Shown here: positions 1 through 13,081 of the stretch, one piece after another | How the letters are laid out: each line of letters begins with the position of its first letter | Position numbering within the stretch: position 1 is the first letter of the stretch | Assembly: GCA_951406725.2 (NCBI GenBank) | Contig: OX597819.1 | Location: forward strand, 5,704,001 to 5,768,000 | Source of the DNA: Octopus vulgaris | Taxonomy: Eukaryota | Reading direction: 5' to 3' | DNA length: 64,000 nucleotides | Notes under the pieces: model-generated | Seen by the model: the letters and a program-made list of their open reading frames with translations, nothing else | Databases searched by the model: none | Told to the model about the DNA's origin: nothing | Program-made: the position numbers and the translations under genes

Positions 1-181
1 TAAATGTATATATATATATATTTACACACACACCACACACACACATACATATATACGTGTATGTACGTATATATGTGTATATATATGTATATATATATGT
101 ACGTATATGTACATATATATATATGTGTGTGTGTATACGTACATATTTATGTGTATGTATATATTTATGTGTATGTATGTG

Positions 182-185
<4 letters not shown>

Positions 186-272
<87 letters not shown>

Positions 273-278
273 TAACAA
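186..278. repeat. (AAT)n microsatellite
   Basis: Direct inspection. It is the source of the poly-N and poly-I pseudo-ORFs. Confidence 0.95.
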
Positions 279-639
279 AGGGTAAAATTAATTAATCAAT
301 TAATAATTAATAATTTTACCAAGTAGTTCGGTATGTTAAATGAACCATTTTCAGCAACCTTATACAAAAATTCTATAATTACAAGCATAATTAGGGTTCA
401 GCAAATTTGCTTCACCACAAACCGAAATTTAGAAATAGCAGTTAAATACTATTCTACTACCATAAGATATCTCCCAGACAGCTGTCCATATATGGATCTG
501 TTTATAAAGACATACTAACTGATGGCGATCTATAAGTGCCTTTTGGTAGGAAGTATTTGGTTGGAGACATTTAGGTCCTATTGGTAGGAAGTTCCGGGCA
601 GGATACTGTTGATGTATATATATATATGTATGTATGCGC

Positions 640-703
<64 letters not shown>

Positions 704-1087
704 TTAAGACACTGGATTAAAAATGTTTGCATGAGCTCTGAGCATACGTACCTACTAAAATAGAAACCAGATGCGGTTTTAGCATGGCGACCTATGCTGT
801 GGTGCTACTTCCAAGTAACCAAATTAATCTCGTTGGGATTATCTCTGAGACCTGTGAAATACTTTGTGATATTCAGATGTAAGTCTAATCTTATAACCAG
901 AGTTTAAACTCCAATAAATATAATATGTTTTCTAAAACTCCTTAATGAGGTAAAAAAAAAGTTTTGGTATCTGTAAAATAAATTAGCAGTTCATGTTTCG
1001 ACGCTCACAGTTACACACATACATATACACTGGTCCTATTTCTTTTCCGGTCTTAAGTGAATACTTAAGAACACCTTATGAGATGTA

Positions 1088-1163
<76 letters not shown>

Positions 1164-1184
1164 TATAAATATAAATATATAAAT

Positions 1185-1224
<40 letters not shown>

Positions 1225-1258
1225 TATAAATACAATATATATATATATATATATATAA

Positions 1259-1302
<44 letters not shown>

Positions 1303-1998
1303 CAATATAATATAACATTATATATATATATTTATGTATAGTTTTCTTTGTGTGAAAATACAATTTGATTGACTTGAGTAAAATATAATACTTCTCATAT
1401 GCAGACTTGCAATGTTAATTCTATTGAGACAAATCAAAAATCCCTCTTGGGTAATATTGTTAGGAGTCAGTCACATGAGGCCGATGGAACAGTTTGAAGG
1501 AAATTGTCCACAGAGCACTGCTGACTGCTTGCTGTTACTAGGTAATAAATAGGAGATTATTTATTTGTTAGGAGTACTGTTTAGGGTAACTGATTGTATC
1601 GTGTTATCAATACGGCGTGGTTGTTATCGACGGTAAACAGCTAATGGCAAAGACCTGTTGAGCAGAACGAAAATTAGTAATTATGGATCTGTTTTTAAAG
1701 ACATACTAACTGATGGCGATCTATAAGTGCCTTTTGGTCGGAGACATTTAGGTCCTATTGGTAGGAAGTTCCTGGCAGGATACTGTTTATTTGTGGATAA
1801 GAAGGTGTGATTGTAGGTAAGAAACTTTGGTAGATTAAGAGTATTTGGTTCGAAAGGAAGAGTTTACTGGAAGATTAATAGTTAAAAGTTATCGATTGGT
1901 AACAACTGGTTGGTGGCAAGTTTTAAGGATTTTTGCTATATTGACTGTGCAGTACATATTGACAACTAAAGGAATGTTATTGCTTGGTTAATAATAAT

Positions 1999-2068
1999 GC
2001 CCGTAGAGTAGTGGTTAAGAGCACGGGCTACTTACCACAAGATTCCGAGTTCGAGTCCAGGCAGTAAA

Positions 2069-2111
<43 letters not shown>

Positions 2112-2380
2112 TCGAAAAATACCTAGATATTCTAGTGAACGATCTTGTGAATAAGTAATAGTTAGGAATTTGTTAATAGCTTCAAGCTGGTTGTTAATTT
2201 AAAACGCAGAGAAGAATGACAAATGTTGGAATTTCGAACCTGGGTTCTCATTCCTAGAATGAGAAACCAGGTTCAAAATTTCCCCAAGACACTTGATGAA
2301 TGCTGGAGGGTATATCCGCCGAAACGTTGTGTTAACAACAAACAAGATGGGGACAAATATCCGTCAAATGTAAATAATGT
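1999..2380 (+). mobile_element. tRNA-headed SINE-like element with a hammerhead-like tail, interrupted by an inverted insertion
   Basis: A-box-like TAGAGTAGTGG and B-box GAGTTCGAGTCC, an internal (AAT)n, and ACAC-TTGATGA-..-GCC-GAAA-CG-TT-GTGT at 2289-2332. Ends in (TA)n. Confidence 0.65.
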
Positions 2381-2690
2381 ATATATATATATATATAATA
2401 ATTTAATAAATAAAATATATGCATACATACATACATATATGTACGTACCTACATCTACATGTATATATACATGCATATACATATATATATAAATATATGA
2501 GTACAGGACACCACAAATAGACGCAGAACTCAACGAGAAACGAAAACATAAAAACATGGAAACGGACTTTTTTAACAACGAAAAAACAGAGCACAAGACA
2601 AACAACGCAAGGAACATTCCCCTTCATCAGCTGTCCCCGGTTCGACTCCATGCGTGTTTCGAAGGTAGCGTCTATTTGTGGTGTCCTATA

Positions 2691-2773
<83 letters not shown>

Positions 2774-3260
2774 GTTTATACACACACACACACATATACA
2801 CATAGGCGCACACATATGCATGTGTGTGTGAGCGTGTGTATGTGTATTGATATAATTTTATAATCTGTAATGAACACATTCATGATTCCAGCATTTGGCA
2901 TTCTTCTCTGCCTTTTAAATTAATAACCAGCTTGAAGCTATTAACAAATTCCTAACTATTACTTATTCACAAAATCGTTCACTAGAATATCTAAGTAAAG
3001 ATTCATTCAAGTAATTTAGTATTATTAAACGTTACTTTCCATTACGTATATTTGGTTCAATATACAGTCAAGAAAAAAAAGACTGGAACAAAGTGGCTAA
3101 ATTATCCTAGAGTAGTGGGTTATAAATTACTACTCGTGCTAACAGCTGTCTTGACACGGCCTATCTGATTTATGAGCTGCTCTTTGGCAGTTCAAGTTCT
3201 CACCCATCATCCATTAGTTGCGTGGCTGTTGCTGTTTCACTTTATACACACACACAGAAG

Positions 3261-3291
<31 letters not shown>

Positions 3292-3759
3292 ATGGCATCA
3301 TCTAGCTTTCATCGTTTCAATTTAGTGCTTAATTTTCAAGGAGGAAGACTGGGGATGAAACAGGTTGTCAAGACACGACCAAAAAGTTTTGGAATAGATT
3401 TCGTTAACGCAAGTTTATTTAGGGTTTTCGTAACCGAATATTGTTTTAAAATGCAAGAATTTCGTTAGCTTTTATTTCCCTGTTTGGAATTTACTCAATA
3501 AATAACTACTTCAAGCAATAATTCTTACACCGTAACTGAGTTCAAATTCCGCCGAGGTCGACTCTCCCTTTCATCCTTTCGGGGTCGATACATTATGTAC
3601 CAGATGCCAACTGGGGTCGATCTAATCGACTGCCCCCCCCCTCCCCTAATATTTCGGGACTTTGTGTCTAGAGTAGAAAAAGATTCTTCCACCGTAAAAG
3701 AACATAAAGGCTTCCGTTTAAGTTATTCTTTTGTTATAAGATATTGTTTAACGCATTAA

Positions 3760-4010
3760 CATGAGGGCGCGTGGTCTCACGATCGTGCTTCGATTCCCAG
3801 ACCAGCAGTGGGTTGTGTTCTTTAGCAAAACACTTCATTTCACGTTACTTCAGCTGCTAGTGTGTAACGCTGCCACGGACTGGCGCTTTGTTCAGGGCGA
3901 GTGTTGGTTTGCCCGCCTAGCCAGCAAGGTGGCATCATTCGCATGCTAAAACGATGCGAAGAAGCGCATTGTGAACAACAGTGTACCACGGCACCCAGTA
4001 TTCTGGTCGA
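3760..4010 (+). mobile_element. Degenerate SINE of a fourth family
   Basis: B-box-like ttcgattccc. The 3' part matches 26386-26498 (gccagc..ggtggc.tcattcg..gctaaaac.atgcgaa..gcattgtga). Confidence 0.55.
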
Positions 4011-5133
4011 TACCGTTATAACACATTTATAAAACTTTTTACATAATATTGGTCTCAAACTATGGCACAAGGCCATCAATTTCGGGAGATTACTTCAACC
4101 CCAGTAGTCAACTTGTACTTACTTTATCGACCCCGTAATGATGAAAGGCAAAGCTGACAGCAACGGAATTTGAAATCAGAATATAATGGCAGACGAAATA
4201 TCACTTAGCATTTTCCCCTGCGTGCTAGCGATTCTACCAGCTCGTCACCTTCGTTTTGCCTCATATTGTGCAATACGTTCATCATGCATTTCTATAAATT
4301 GTAGCTGTTTGATGAACGATTTTGCTTATCAGTCGTACATGGTTATATTCTAGTAAGTGGTACCTCATCAGTTCAAGGAAACATGTAAGAGAATAAAAGA
4401 AGAAAGGAATTATTGTTTCATCCGGAAATTCGAAGGCTAATCTATTCAGCTTATGAAATGATTTTTGATTATATATCTACATTCATTTGTAGCTAAAAAT
4501 GACTTTTCTTTTACATCAAAATATTGGCTATTTTAGATAAATTTCTTCTGTCTTTTACTTACAACAAATTGCGTGGGAAAAGTTGCGCTCAGTTATAATA
4601 ATTAACTTTTTTTTATCTGCCCATCAACACATGGCTACCACATTGATGTTATGTTATAAGTTTACTCTTACAGTCTGCAGAAATCGTAAATTTCCACACC
4701 GACCATAGAAACACGCTTAAGGCATGATTTCATATTTACCTTCCTCCACCATCCTTGTCACTAGAAAAAGAAAAAAATATGTAATTCATTCTGCTTGACA
4801 TTTACTAAATCTCTGATCAGTCTGCTTTACTTTCATTTTATATCTTGGGTTTCTTACTAGTGGGTGTCTCCAAGGAAAATGTCTTAGGCTTATTTCTTAT
4901 TCCTGAAGATATAGATATATATGATAGATGATATGCTAGATAAACGAATTTCAATTTCAGTGAAGAACATATGTAAAATTTATAATTTTTTCCACATGTG
5001 AGATTTTAAAAATGATGTCTGCGTGTGTTTTTTGTATGTGTATGCTCGTGCATGTATGTTTCTCTATATGGGTAGGGATATAAGCGAATGTATATTTCTG
5101 AAAGGAGAATTTCAAGTTGACACTGACTATTAA

Positions 5134-5330
5134 AGGCGGCGTGCTAGCGGGATCGTTAGCATGTCGGGCAAAATGCTAAGCAGCATTTCGTCCGTCTTTA
5201 CGTTCTGAATTCAAATTCCGCCGAGGTCAGCTTTGCCTTTAATCAATTTGGGGTCGATAAAATAAGTACCAGATGTAATCGACTTATCTCGCCCCCGAAA
5301 TTGCAGGCCTTGTGCCAAAATTTGAAACTA
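5134..5330 (+). mobile_element. SINE family B (ggcggcgagctggcagaatcgttagc..gagttcaaattcc..ggggtcgat)
   Basis: B-box-like ttcaaattcc. Roughly 20 full or partial copies are visible, e.g. 3535-3680, 4050-4250, 10930-11325, 13150-13550, 15812-16300, 36130-37315, 38745-39115 and 40785-40990. Confidence 0.8.
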
Positions 5331-5463
5331 ATATTAATAAGAAAAACTTCAATAAGTCATATGCGAACCTCTGGGTAAAACGTACCCTTGATATCCTTGA
5401 TACGTATTACATCCATCCTTCCGTTCATACAGTACAAACTTTTACTTCTATAATACACATACA

Positions 5464-5880
5464 TAGGCGCAGGAGTGGCTGTGTGGTAAGTAGCTTGCTA
5501 ACCAACCACCTGGTTCCGGGTTCAGTCCCACTGCGTGGCATCTTGGGCAAGTGTCTTCTGCTATAGCCCCAGGCCGACCAATGCCTTGTGATTGGATTTG
5601 GTAGACGGAAACTGAAAGAAGCCTGTCGTATATATGTATATATATGTATATGTATGTATGTGTATGTGTTTGTGTGTCTGTGTTTGTACCTCTAGCATTG
5701 TTTGACAACCGATGGTGGTGTGTTTACGTCCCCGTCTCTTAGCGGTTCGGCAAAAGAGACCGATAGAATAAGTACTGGGCTTACAAAAGAATAAGTCCCG
5801 AGGTCGAGTTGCTCGATTAAAGGCGGTGCTCCAGCATGGCCGCAGTCAAATGACTGAAACAAGTAAAAGAGTAAAAGAGA
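5464..5880 (+). mobile_element. tRNA-derived SINE family A, full copy
   Basis: Head aggcgcaggagtggctgtgtggtaag..gggttcagtccc, a CORE-like cttgggcaagt block, an internal TA/TG microsatellite and a (gtaaaaga)n tail. Confidence 0.88.
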
Positions 5881-6129
5881 GAGAGTAATACATACCCAAA
5901 CACAAAGAACTACAACATACAGAAGCCCTTCTCATTTTCTACTTCGTTACTTATGGATATTTGCGTGTTTGTGCGTGTGTTTGTGCGTGTGTATGTGTGT
6001 GTGTATGTGTGTGTGTGCATAAGTAACCCCTCACACACACGCATATACACATATGTATCCATTGATCTGATATATAGACGCACACTCACATACACAAACA
6101 TATGTATCCATTGGTCTGAGGTATAGATC

Positions 6130-6222
6130 CACACACACATACACACACACACAAGCATACACACAAACACAAACAAACACACACACACACATACACACAA
6201 ACACACACACACACACACACAA

Positions 6223-6284
<62 letters not shown>

Positions 6285-6297
6285 ACAAACATACACA

Positions 6298-6335
<38 letters not shown>

Positions 6336-6338
6336 TAC

Positions 6339-6371
<33 letters not shown>

Positions 6372-6422
6372 AACACACACACACAAACATACACACAAAC
6401 ACACACACACACAAACATACAC

Positions 6423-6457
<35 letters not shown>

Positions 6458-6513
6458 AACACACACACACAACACACACACACACACACACAAACATACA
6501 CACAAACACAAAC

Positions 6514-6548
<35 letters not shown>

Positions 6549-6560
6549 CACACACACACC
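6130..6560. repeat. Imperfect (CA)n array
   Basis: Direct inspection. Confidence 0.95.
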
Positions 6561-7107
6561 TTAACCGTATGAAACGATCAGTAAAAGCTGTCTTCGACAT
6601 AAAGCGATTACGTTACACTCAATATAAAACTTACATACAAACATGCATCCATTCCTACAAGAGAGAGAATGAGAGAGAGAGAGGGTGTGGGAGAGAGAGG
6701 GTGAGGGAGAGAGAATGAGAGGGAGAGGAAGACAGAGAGAGAATTACATACATATACACACACACACACAGTATTAAAGGGGTACATTCATATACACATA
6801 ACAGCAGACTCGTATATTCATCTATAAGCCGAACTTCATACGCAAGCTCTCAGACCAGCTGTCGTCTGCTTCTTTGACTGAAAAATCCACTCCCAAACTG
6901 TCTGTAGAAAAAGTTTGCATCTGCTTCATAGCGCTTTTATTTACATACATTTATACCCTTCAAGTGATGGCATAGTAACCCGTAGTGCGTAAATCTATTT
7001 TTGGAAATGTCCACTCCATATCTCAGACCAAAATCTAAAAAATAGGACTAAAAATACTTTTCAATCAATGTTTTAGCAAAGAGATTGGCATTGAATGGGA
7101 ATACCTA

Positions 7108-7337
7108 TTTCTTTATTACCCACAAGGGGCTAAACACAGAGGGGACAAACAAGGACAGACATAGGTATTAAGTCGATTACATCGACCCCAGTGCGTAGCT
7201 GGTACTTAATTTATCGACCCCGAAAGGATGAAAGGCAAAATCGACCTCGGCTGAATTTGAACTCACAACGTAACGCAGACGAAATACCGCTAAGCATTTC
7301 GCCCGGTGTGCTAACGTTTCTGCCAGCTCGCCGCCTT
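7108..7337 (-). mobile_element. SINE family B, well-preserved copy
   Basis: Reverse complement of 42305-42533. Confidence 0.85.
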
Positions 7338-8118
7338 AATGAATGGGAATACCGTGGTAGGTGATCTATAAAATCGTGTGATATACCTGACAAATATAAA
7401 CTAAGGAGATAATCTGAAGGTGATGAGTTCGATTTCTGAAGAAGAATAAGCAAGGGAACGAGAGTAAGAGAGAAAGGAGAGTAGAGAGAACAAGAGAGAG
7501 CAAGAGAGAAGGAGGAGAGAGAGATGAAAATTAAGAAAAGAAAAAGAGTGATCTTTTCATTAAGATTATTGTTCTATAGTTCTAGAAGAGAACTGGAGTG
7601 ATGGGATGATCATGCTTTTCCAAAATATCAGCATAAGTAAAATGATTTTTAGCTGGTTATTGAAACTAGATCCTAGATTCCACTAGTCGGATACTTACTG
7701 AAGCTCCCACGGTTATCTGGTTACGAAGTTTACTTTACAACTCCTCCCCGCGTCCCACCGGCTCTGATTTAGATTACTTCCTTTGAACATCTGCAATCTA
7801 ACCTGGTACAATATTCGGATATGAAAGAAAACCCGGCTCTTTAATGCATAATCTACAGAGTCGAAGAAATTGTGAGCGTGGGATAAGCCTTTTCTTGTAT
7901 GAGATAAGAGGAAGACTGAGCGAGGAGTTAAAGTGTGTAGCGATAGTTAATACAAATAATGATTACGGCATTGACAATCCTTTAATTGGCTTCAGGGTAC
8001 TTACACTGAATAAACACCTCGCTTACATCGTGAAGTTCATGATTGCATAGTTATCACACAGAGACACACGAGTACACATATACAGACATAAACGCGCGAA
8101 CACACCCACAGTCCCTTC

Positions 8119-8151
<33 letters not shown>

Positions 8152-8406
8152 TGTATGTATGTATGTATGTATGTATGTATGTATGTATGTATGTATGTAT
8201 GCATGTATGTATGTATGTATGTATGTGTGCATGTATATATGTATGTGTTTGTGTGCTAGCGTGTGTGTGCGCGCGCGTGTATGCATGTATGTATATTATA
8301 CAGCACGCTTTTAAACACTCACCGAATTCATAAAAGCACTCATATACGAAAACATTTTTTCTTTTAGATGTGATAATTTTACTCCACTTTTTTTCATGTG
8401 AGTGTG

Positions 8407-8443
<37 letters not shown>

Positions 8444-8770
8444 ATGTGTGTGTGTGTGTGTGTATGGGTTGATTGCAAGTGGGGCCCAGTTAGTATTTTC
8501 TTCAGGTCGAGTAGCCCAACCCGTTCAAAAACTCTTTGAACAAAGCTTACTTAAGGAATGAAACATCCATCTTTCCAGAAGTGAATTATTCAAGCCCCAA
8601 ATCATTCCTCTCAACACAGCTATGATGCACCCACATGTATATATATATGATATATATATATACTATATATATATTATATAGATATATATATATATATATA
8701 TATATAGCGCTAAAATATAAATAAAAATTATTATATATACACAGAAAACACAGAAAGAAGAGAGAAAAAT

Positions 8771-8805
<35 letters not shown>

Positions 8806-9430
8806 CATACATACATACATACATACATACATACATACATACATACATACATACATAGTACATACATACATATTACATACATAACACATATGTTTATATG
8901 TATGTATATTGCATTATTATTTGCACGCAAAACAGCGAAAATCGAAGCAATGATGTGTTTATTGATTTTAACATATTCCGACATATTTGGACATAGATAT
9001 ACCATTGATCTTCAGAGAAGAACTCCCTTCAGACAATGTGTTCACTTTACACAAGCTTCAGAGACGTGCCAGATTCTGAGACACTGGTGTTAGAACCTGA
9101 ATGTGCACCCTGAGTTAGAAACACCTCTCTGAACTAAGCAGGGACGAACATTCCTAGTTATAGATATTTGCTGAAGTCAGTAAGCATACTTACATCCATA
9201 TCTGAAGCAAGATGAGAAGAATGTTTGGCAATTTGAGAGACAACATTAACAGATGAATGGAAAAGGTTAGAAGAAAAAAGAAACAATTACAAAAATGTAC
9301 ACTTTTGTAAAATAAAATGAATAGCATGCGATAGATTTCTTTTTGTTAACCACTGGATAACTTCTACTAAGCTGTCTTAAAATGAAAGCTTTCAGCGGCG
9401 ACTATCTCGACATTTTTTCAGACACAGTAT

Positions 9431-9660
9431 TTAACCCTTTCGTTACTGTATTTATTTTGTGATGCTCTGTGTTTCTTTCAATTACTTTGATTATAACAAA
9501 AAATTTAGTAAAATAACTTAGTTATCATTGAGCTAATGTTAGGAACATAAATTGTGACTAAGGTTTGGTGGAAGATTTTAATATAAAATTTATGAAAACA
9601 AGACATTTGTACTACAGAGCCAGAGCCGGTTTCAGCCGGGTTGGTAATGAAAGGGGAATT
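9431..9660. mobile_element. Short MITE with piggyBac-like ends
   Basis: TTAA-CCCTTTCGTTAC ... GTAATGAAAGGG imperfect TIR. The right-hand TTAA is not preserved. Confidence 0.55.
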
Positions 9661-10556
9661 CTCTTTTTCTTTTCTTTCTTTCTTATTTTGCCTTTTGATG
9701 ATGGTTGTGTAGAACACAATAGAGTTCTGGCTGCTATGTCTAGCTGCTTGAGTGACCCTGTAGAGGCTTTCATGTTAGCTTATGGGGCTAATCATGTTTT
9801 GCGTTGTCGTGTTGAGAATTTGAGATTAGGGAGGGAGACAAAAGTATGAAGAGAAGGAAGCAAGAGAACGACGAAAATGAAACCAAAGAAAAATAAGGAA
9901 AAAATTAAATCCCAGAAGAACGAAATAATGAGAAGAAACAGAAGAAAACGGGGATTTCCTGAAATGTTAAATACTTTCATGTGGACCTTTAAAACTATTT
10001 ATTGAATATTAATCAGTTGATTTCCTTTATGACAAGAAGTCATGAGATAGACTAGTTACACCCAATGTTGGAGCTAGGAAATAGAAATATTAAGCTGTTC
10101 CTATAGAATGCTTATCTGGTTAAATCTTAATTCTCCTTGACGAAATGACAAAATGACGTTTGATACTTAAAAAGCCTTAGATATGACTTCAGATATATTA
10201 GAACATACGCATATACGCAGGCGAACAAGTGCTACTATATGTACACATATACTTAGAATCACGCCTATTTTGCTCTCTGGCATTAACGTCTCTAAATTCA
10301 TGTACTCGTAGGTACATATAGCACATACTCTCTTTCACTCTCTTTTACTCTTTTACTTGTTTCAGTCATGTGACTGTGGCCATGCTGGAGCACCGCCTGT
10401 AGTCGATCAAATCGACCCCAGGACTTATTCTTTGTAAGCCTAGTACTTATTTTATCGGTCTCTTTTTTGCCGAACCACTAAGTTACGGGGGCGTAAACAC
10501 ACCAGCATCGGTTGTCAAGCGATGTTGGGAGGACAAATACAGACACACAAACACGC

Positions 10557-10660
<104 letters not shown>

Positions 10661-11901
10661 GTGCAGAATACGGCATTTAATTACTTTTAATATTCGAAGA
10701 TGTGGAAAACATATGAGACAACGTATCACGTTCAGAGAAGAGGGAATGGTGGAAAAGCTTCCTAATCCGCATGTAAATTCACACACACACACACACACAC
10801 ACATACACGCGCGCGCGTATTCACGCTCTCACACTCGTCCACTCTCAAGCATACACAGAAAAGAACACAACACGATATCACAAACCAATCAACAATAAAA
10901 CTTCTATATTCAGAATAGTAATAATAGTTTCAAATTTTGGCACAAGGCCAGCAAGTTCATGGGAGCGGGTAAGTCAAGTACATCGACCCCAGTACTAAAC
11001 CTCGGCAGTATTTCAACTCAGAACGTAAAGACAGACAAAATGCTGTTCAGCATTTTGCCCGGTGCAGTAACAATACTGCCAACTCGCCTTTTTGTCCAAA
11101 GTAGAAATATTAGTATCAAATTTTGGTACAAGGCCAGCAATTTTGGAGACAGGCGCTAGTCGATTACATTAACCCCAGTACTTAGCTGGTACTTATTTTA
11201 TGACTCCGAAAGGATGGAAGGTAAAGTCAACCTCGGCGGAATTTGACTTGAGAACGTGATGACGGACGAAATGCCGCAAAGCATTTCGCCTGGCTCAGTA
11301 ATGATTTTGTCAGCTCGCTGTCTTCCCAATGTAGAATTATTACCTGCATCATCGATATTTTTCACAAGAATATCAGCGAACTCGGTTGATGGATGTGTAG
11401 TGTACTCTAACTATTCTACACAAATGAAGAGGGACTTGGAAAAATGTTCTCAGACTCATAATTTACCAATTAAACTCGTCACCGATTAAAATTCTCTTTG
11501 AACTATAAACTTCTGTTTGGTGTTTGAAAAAAGCCTTTCTACATCGAAAGTAAAGGTGTTGTGTATTTGGTTGGTTTTTCTCTAAATTTAGAGAAACCTT
11601 CTATATTTATATCGAACAAAAATAATGCCATTATAATGAAACTGACGGGATATAAAAAAAATTCTAGCGAAAAATTTATGTGATCGACAGAAATAAATGG
11701 TAGGGACGCTTCGTTCTTTTGCGCATAAACTAAAACTATGCAAATTTCAACGGATCAGATCAGTAAGGAATCGGAATTGATTTCTCATCTTATCGATGAT
11801 TTTATGAGTCTGAACAAAAGGGCGTCAACAAATTAACATCTCGTGCAAAGTGTAGCAATTAAATCTTAAATCAATCGCATGAACATCTTTATATAGACAT
11901 A

Positions 11902-12314
11902 TAGGCGCAGGAGTGGCTGTGTGGTAAGTAGCTTGCTAACCAACCACATGGTTTCGGATTCAGTCCCACTGCGTGGCATCTTGGGCAAGTGTCTTCTGCT
12001 TTAGCCCTGGGCCGACCAATGCCTTGTGAGTGGATTTGGTAGACGGAAACTGAAAGAAGCCTGTCGTATATATGTATATATATATATATGTATGTGTGTA
12101 TGTGTTTGTGTGTCTGTGTTTGTCCCCCTAGCATTGCTTGACAGCCGATGCTGGTGTGTTTACGTCCCCGTCACTTAGCGGTTCGGCAAAGAGACCGATA
12201 GAATAAGTACTGGGCTTACAAAGAATAAGTCCCGGGGTCGATTTGCTCGACTAAAGGCGGTGCTCCAGCATGGCCGCAGTCAAATGACTGAAACAAGTAA
12301 AAGAGAGTAAAGAG
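11902..12314 (+). mobile_element. SINE family A, full copy
   Basis: Near-identical to 5464-5880. Confidence 0.88.
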
Positions 12315-12558
12315 TATAGTAACACCAATGTGCGTTGAGTAAAACACACATTCACAATAATTTGCATGAACGCATACTAACCAAAACAGATGTCAGTGGG
12401 CGGCTACTGGAACTATTAGATCTTTAACAATCTGGCCTAATTTAGATATTGTTGCTCACTCGAAACGTTTAATAAACCCAGGAAACATCACTGATGATGT
12501 GTCCAGTTGCAGCACAGGAGGATACATGGAAAATTTCCGACGGTAGATCACAGTGAGT

Positions 12559-12948
12559 GGATGGATCGAAGCACTCCGTCGGTTACGACGACGAGGGTTC
12601 CGGTTGATCCGATCAACGGAACAGCCTGCTCGTGAAATTAACGTGTAAGTGGCTGAGCACTCCACAGACACGTGCACCCTTAACGTAGTTCTCGGGGATA
12701 TTCAGCGTGACACAGAGAGTGACAAGGCTGGCCCTTTGAAATACAGGTACAACAGAAACAGGAAGTAAGAGTGAGAGAAAGTTGTGGTGAAAGAGTAGAG
12801 CAGGGATCACCATCATCCCCTGCCGGAGCCTCGTGGAGCTTTAGGTGTTTTCGCTCAATAAACACTCACAACGCCCGGTCTGGGAATCGAAACCGCGATC
12901 CTACAACCACGCGTCCGCTGCCCTAACCACTGGGCCATTGCGACTCCA
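12559..12948 (-). mobile_element. tRNA-derived SINE family C
   Basis: Minus-strand head with A box tggcccagtgg and B box gtttcgattccc. About 390 bp long, with a ccatcc tail. Confidence 0.88.
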
Positions 12949-13081
12949 CTGAGTAAGACGTATAATACAATGTATTCGATTCATGATCACCCTGTAGTGT
13001 CTCGTAGTCTGAGAAAGTAGGTTCTACAATATCTTGCGGAACAACCTGCACAAATGGTTTGTTTGTTGTGATCAAAGGTAT

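Noticed and set aside
1999-2070. Functional tRNA gene
   Set aside because: A and B boxes are present but I could not build an acceptor stem or full cloverleaf, and the sequence continues into a SINE body.
12456-12865. Recurring ORFs such as MFIERKHLKLHEAPAG and MMVIPALLFHHNF
   Set aside because: They are translations of SINE family C and recur only because the SINE is repeated.
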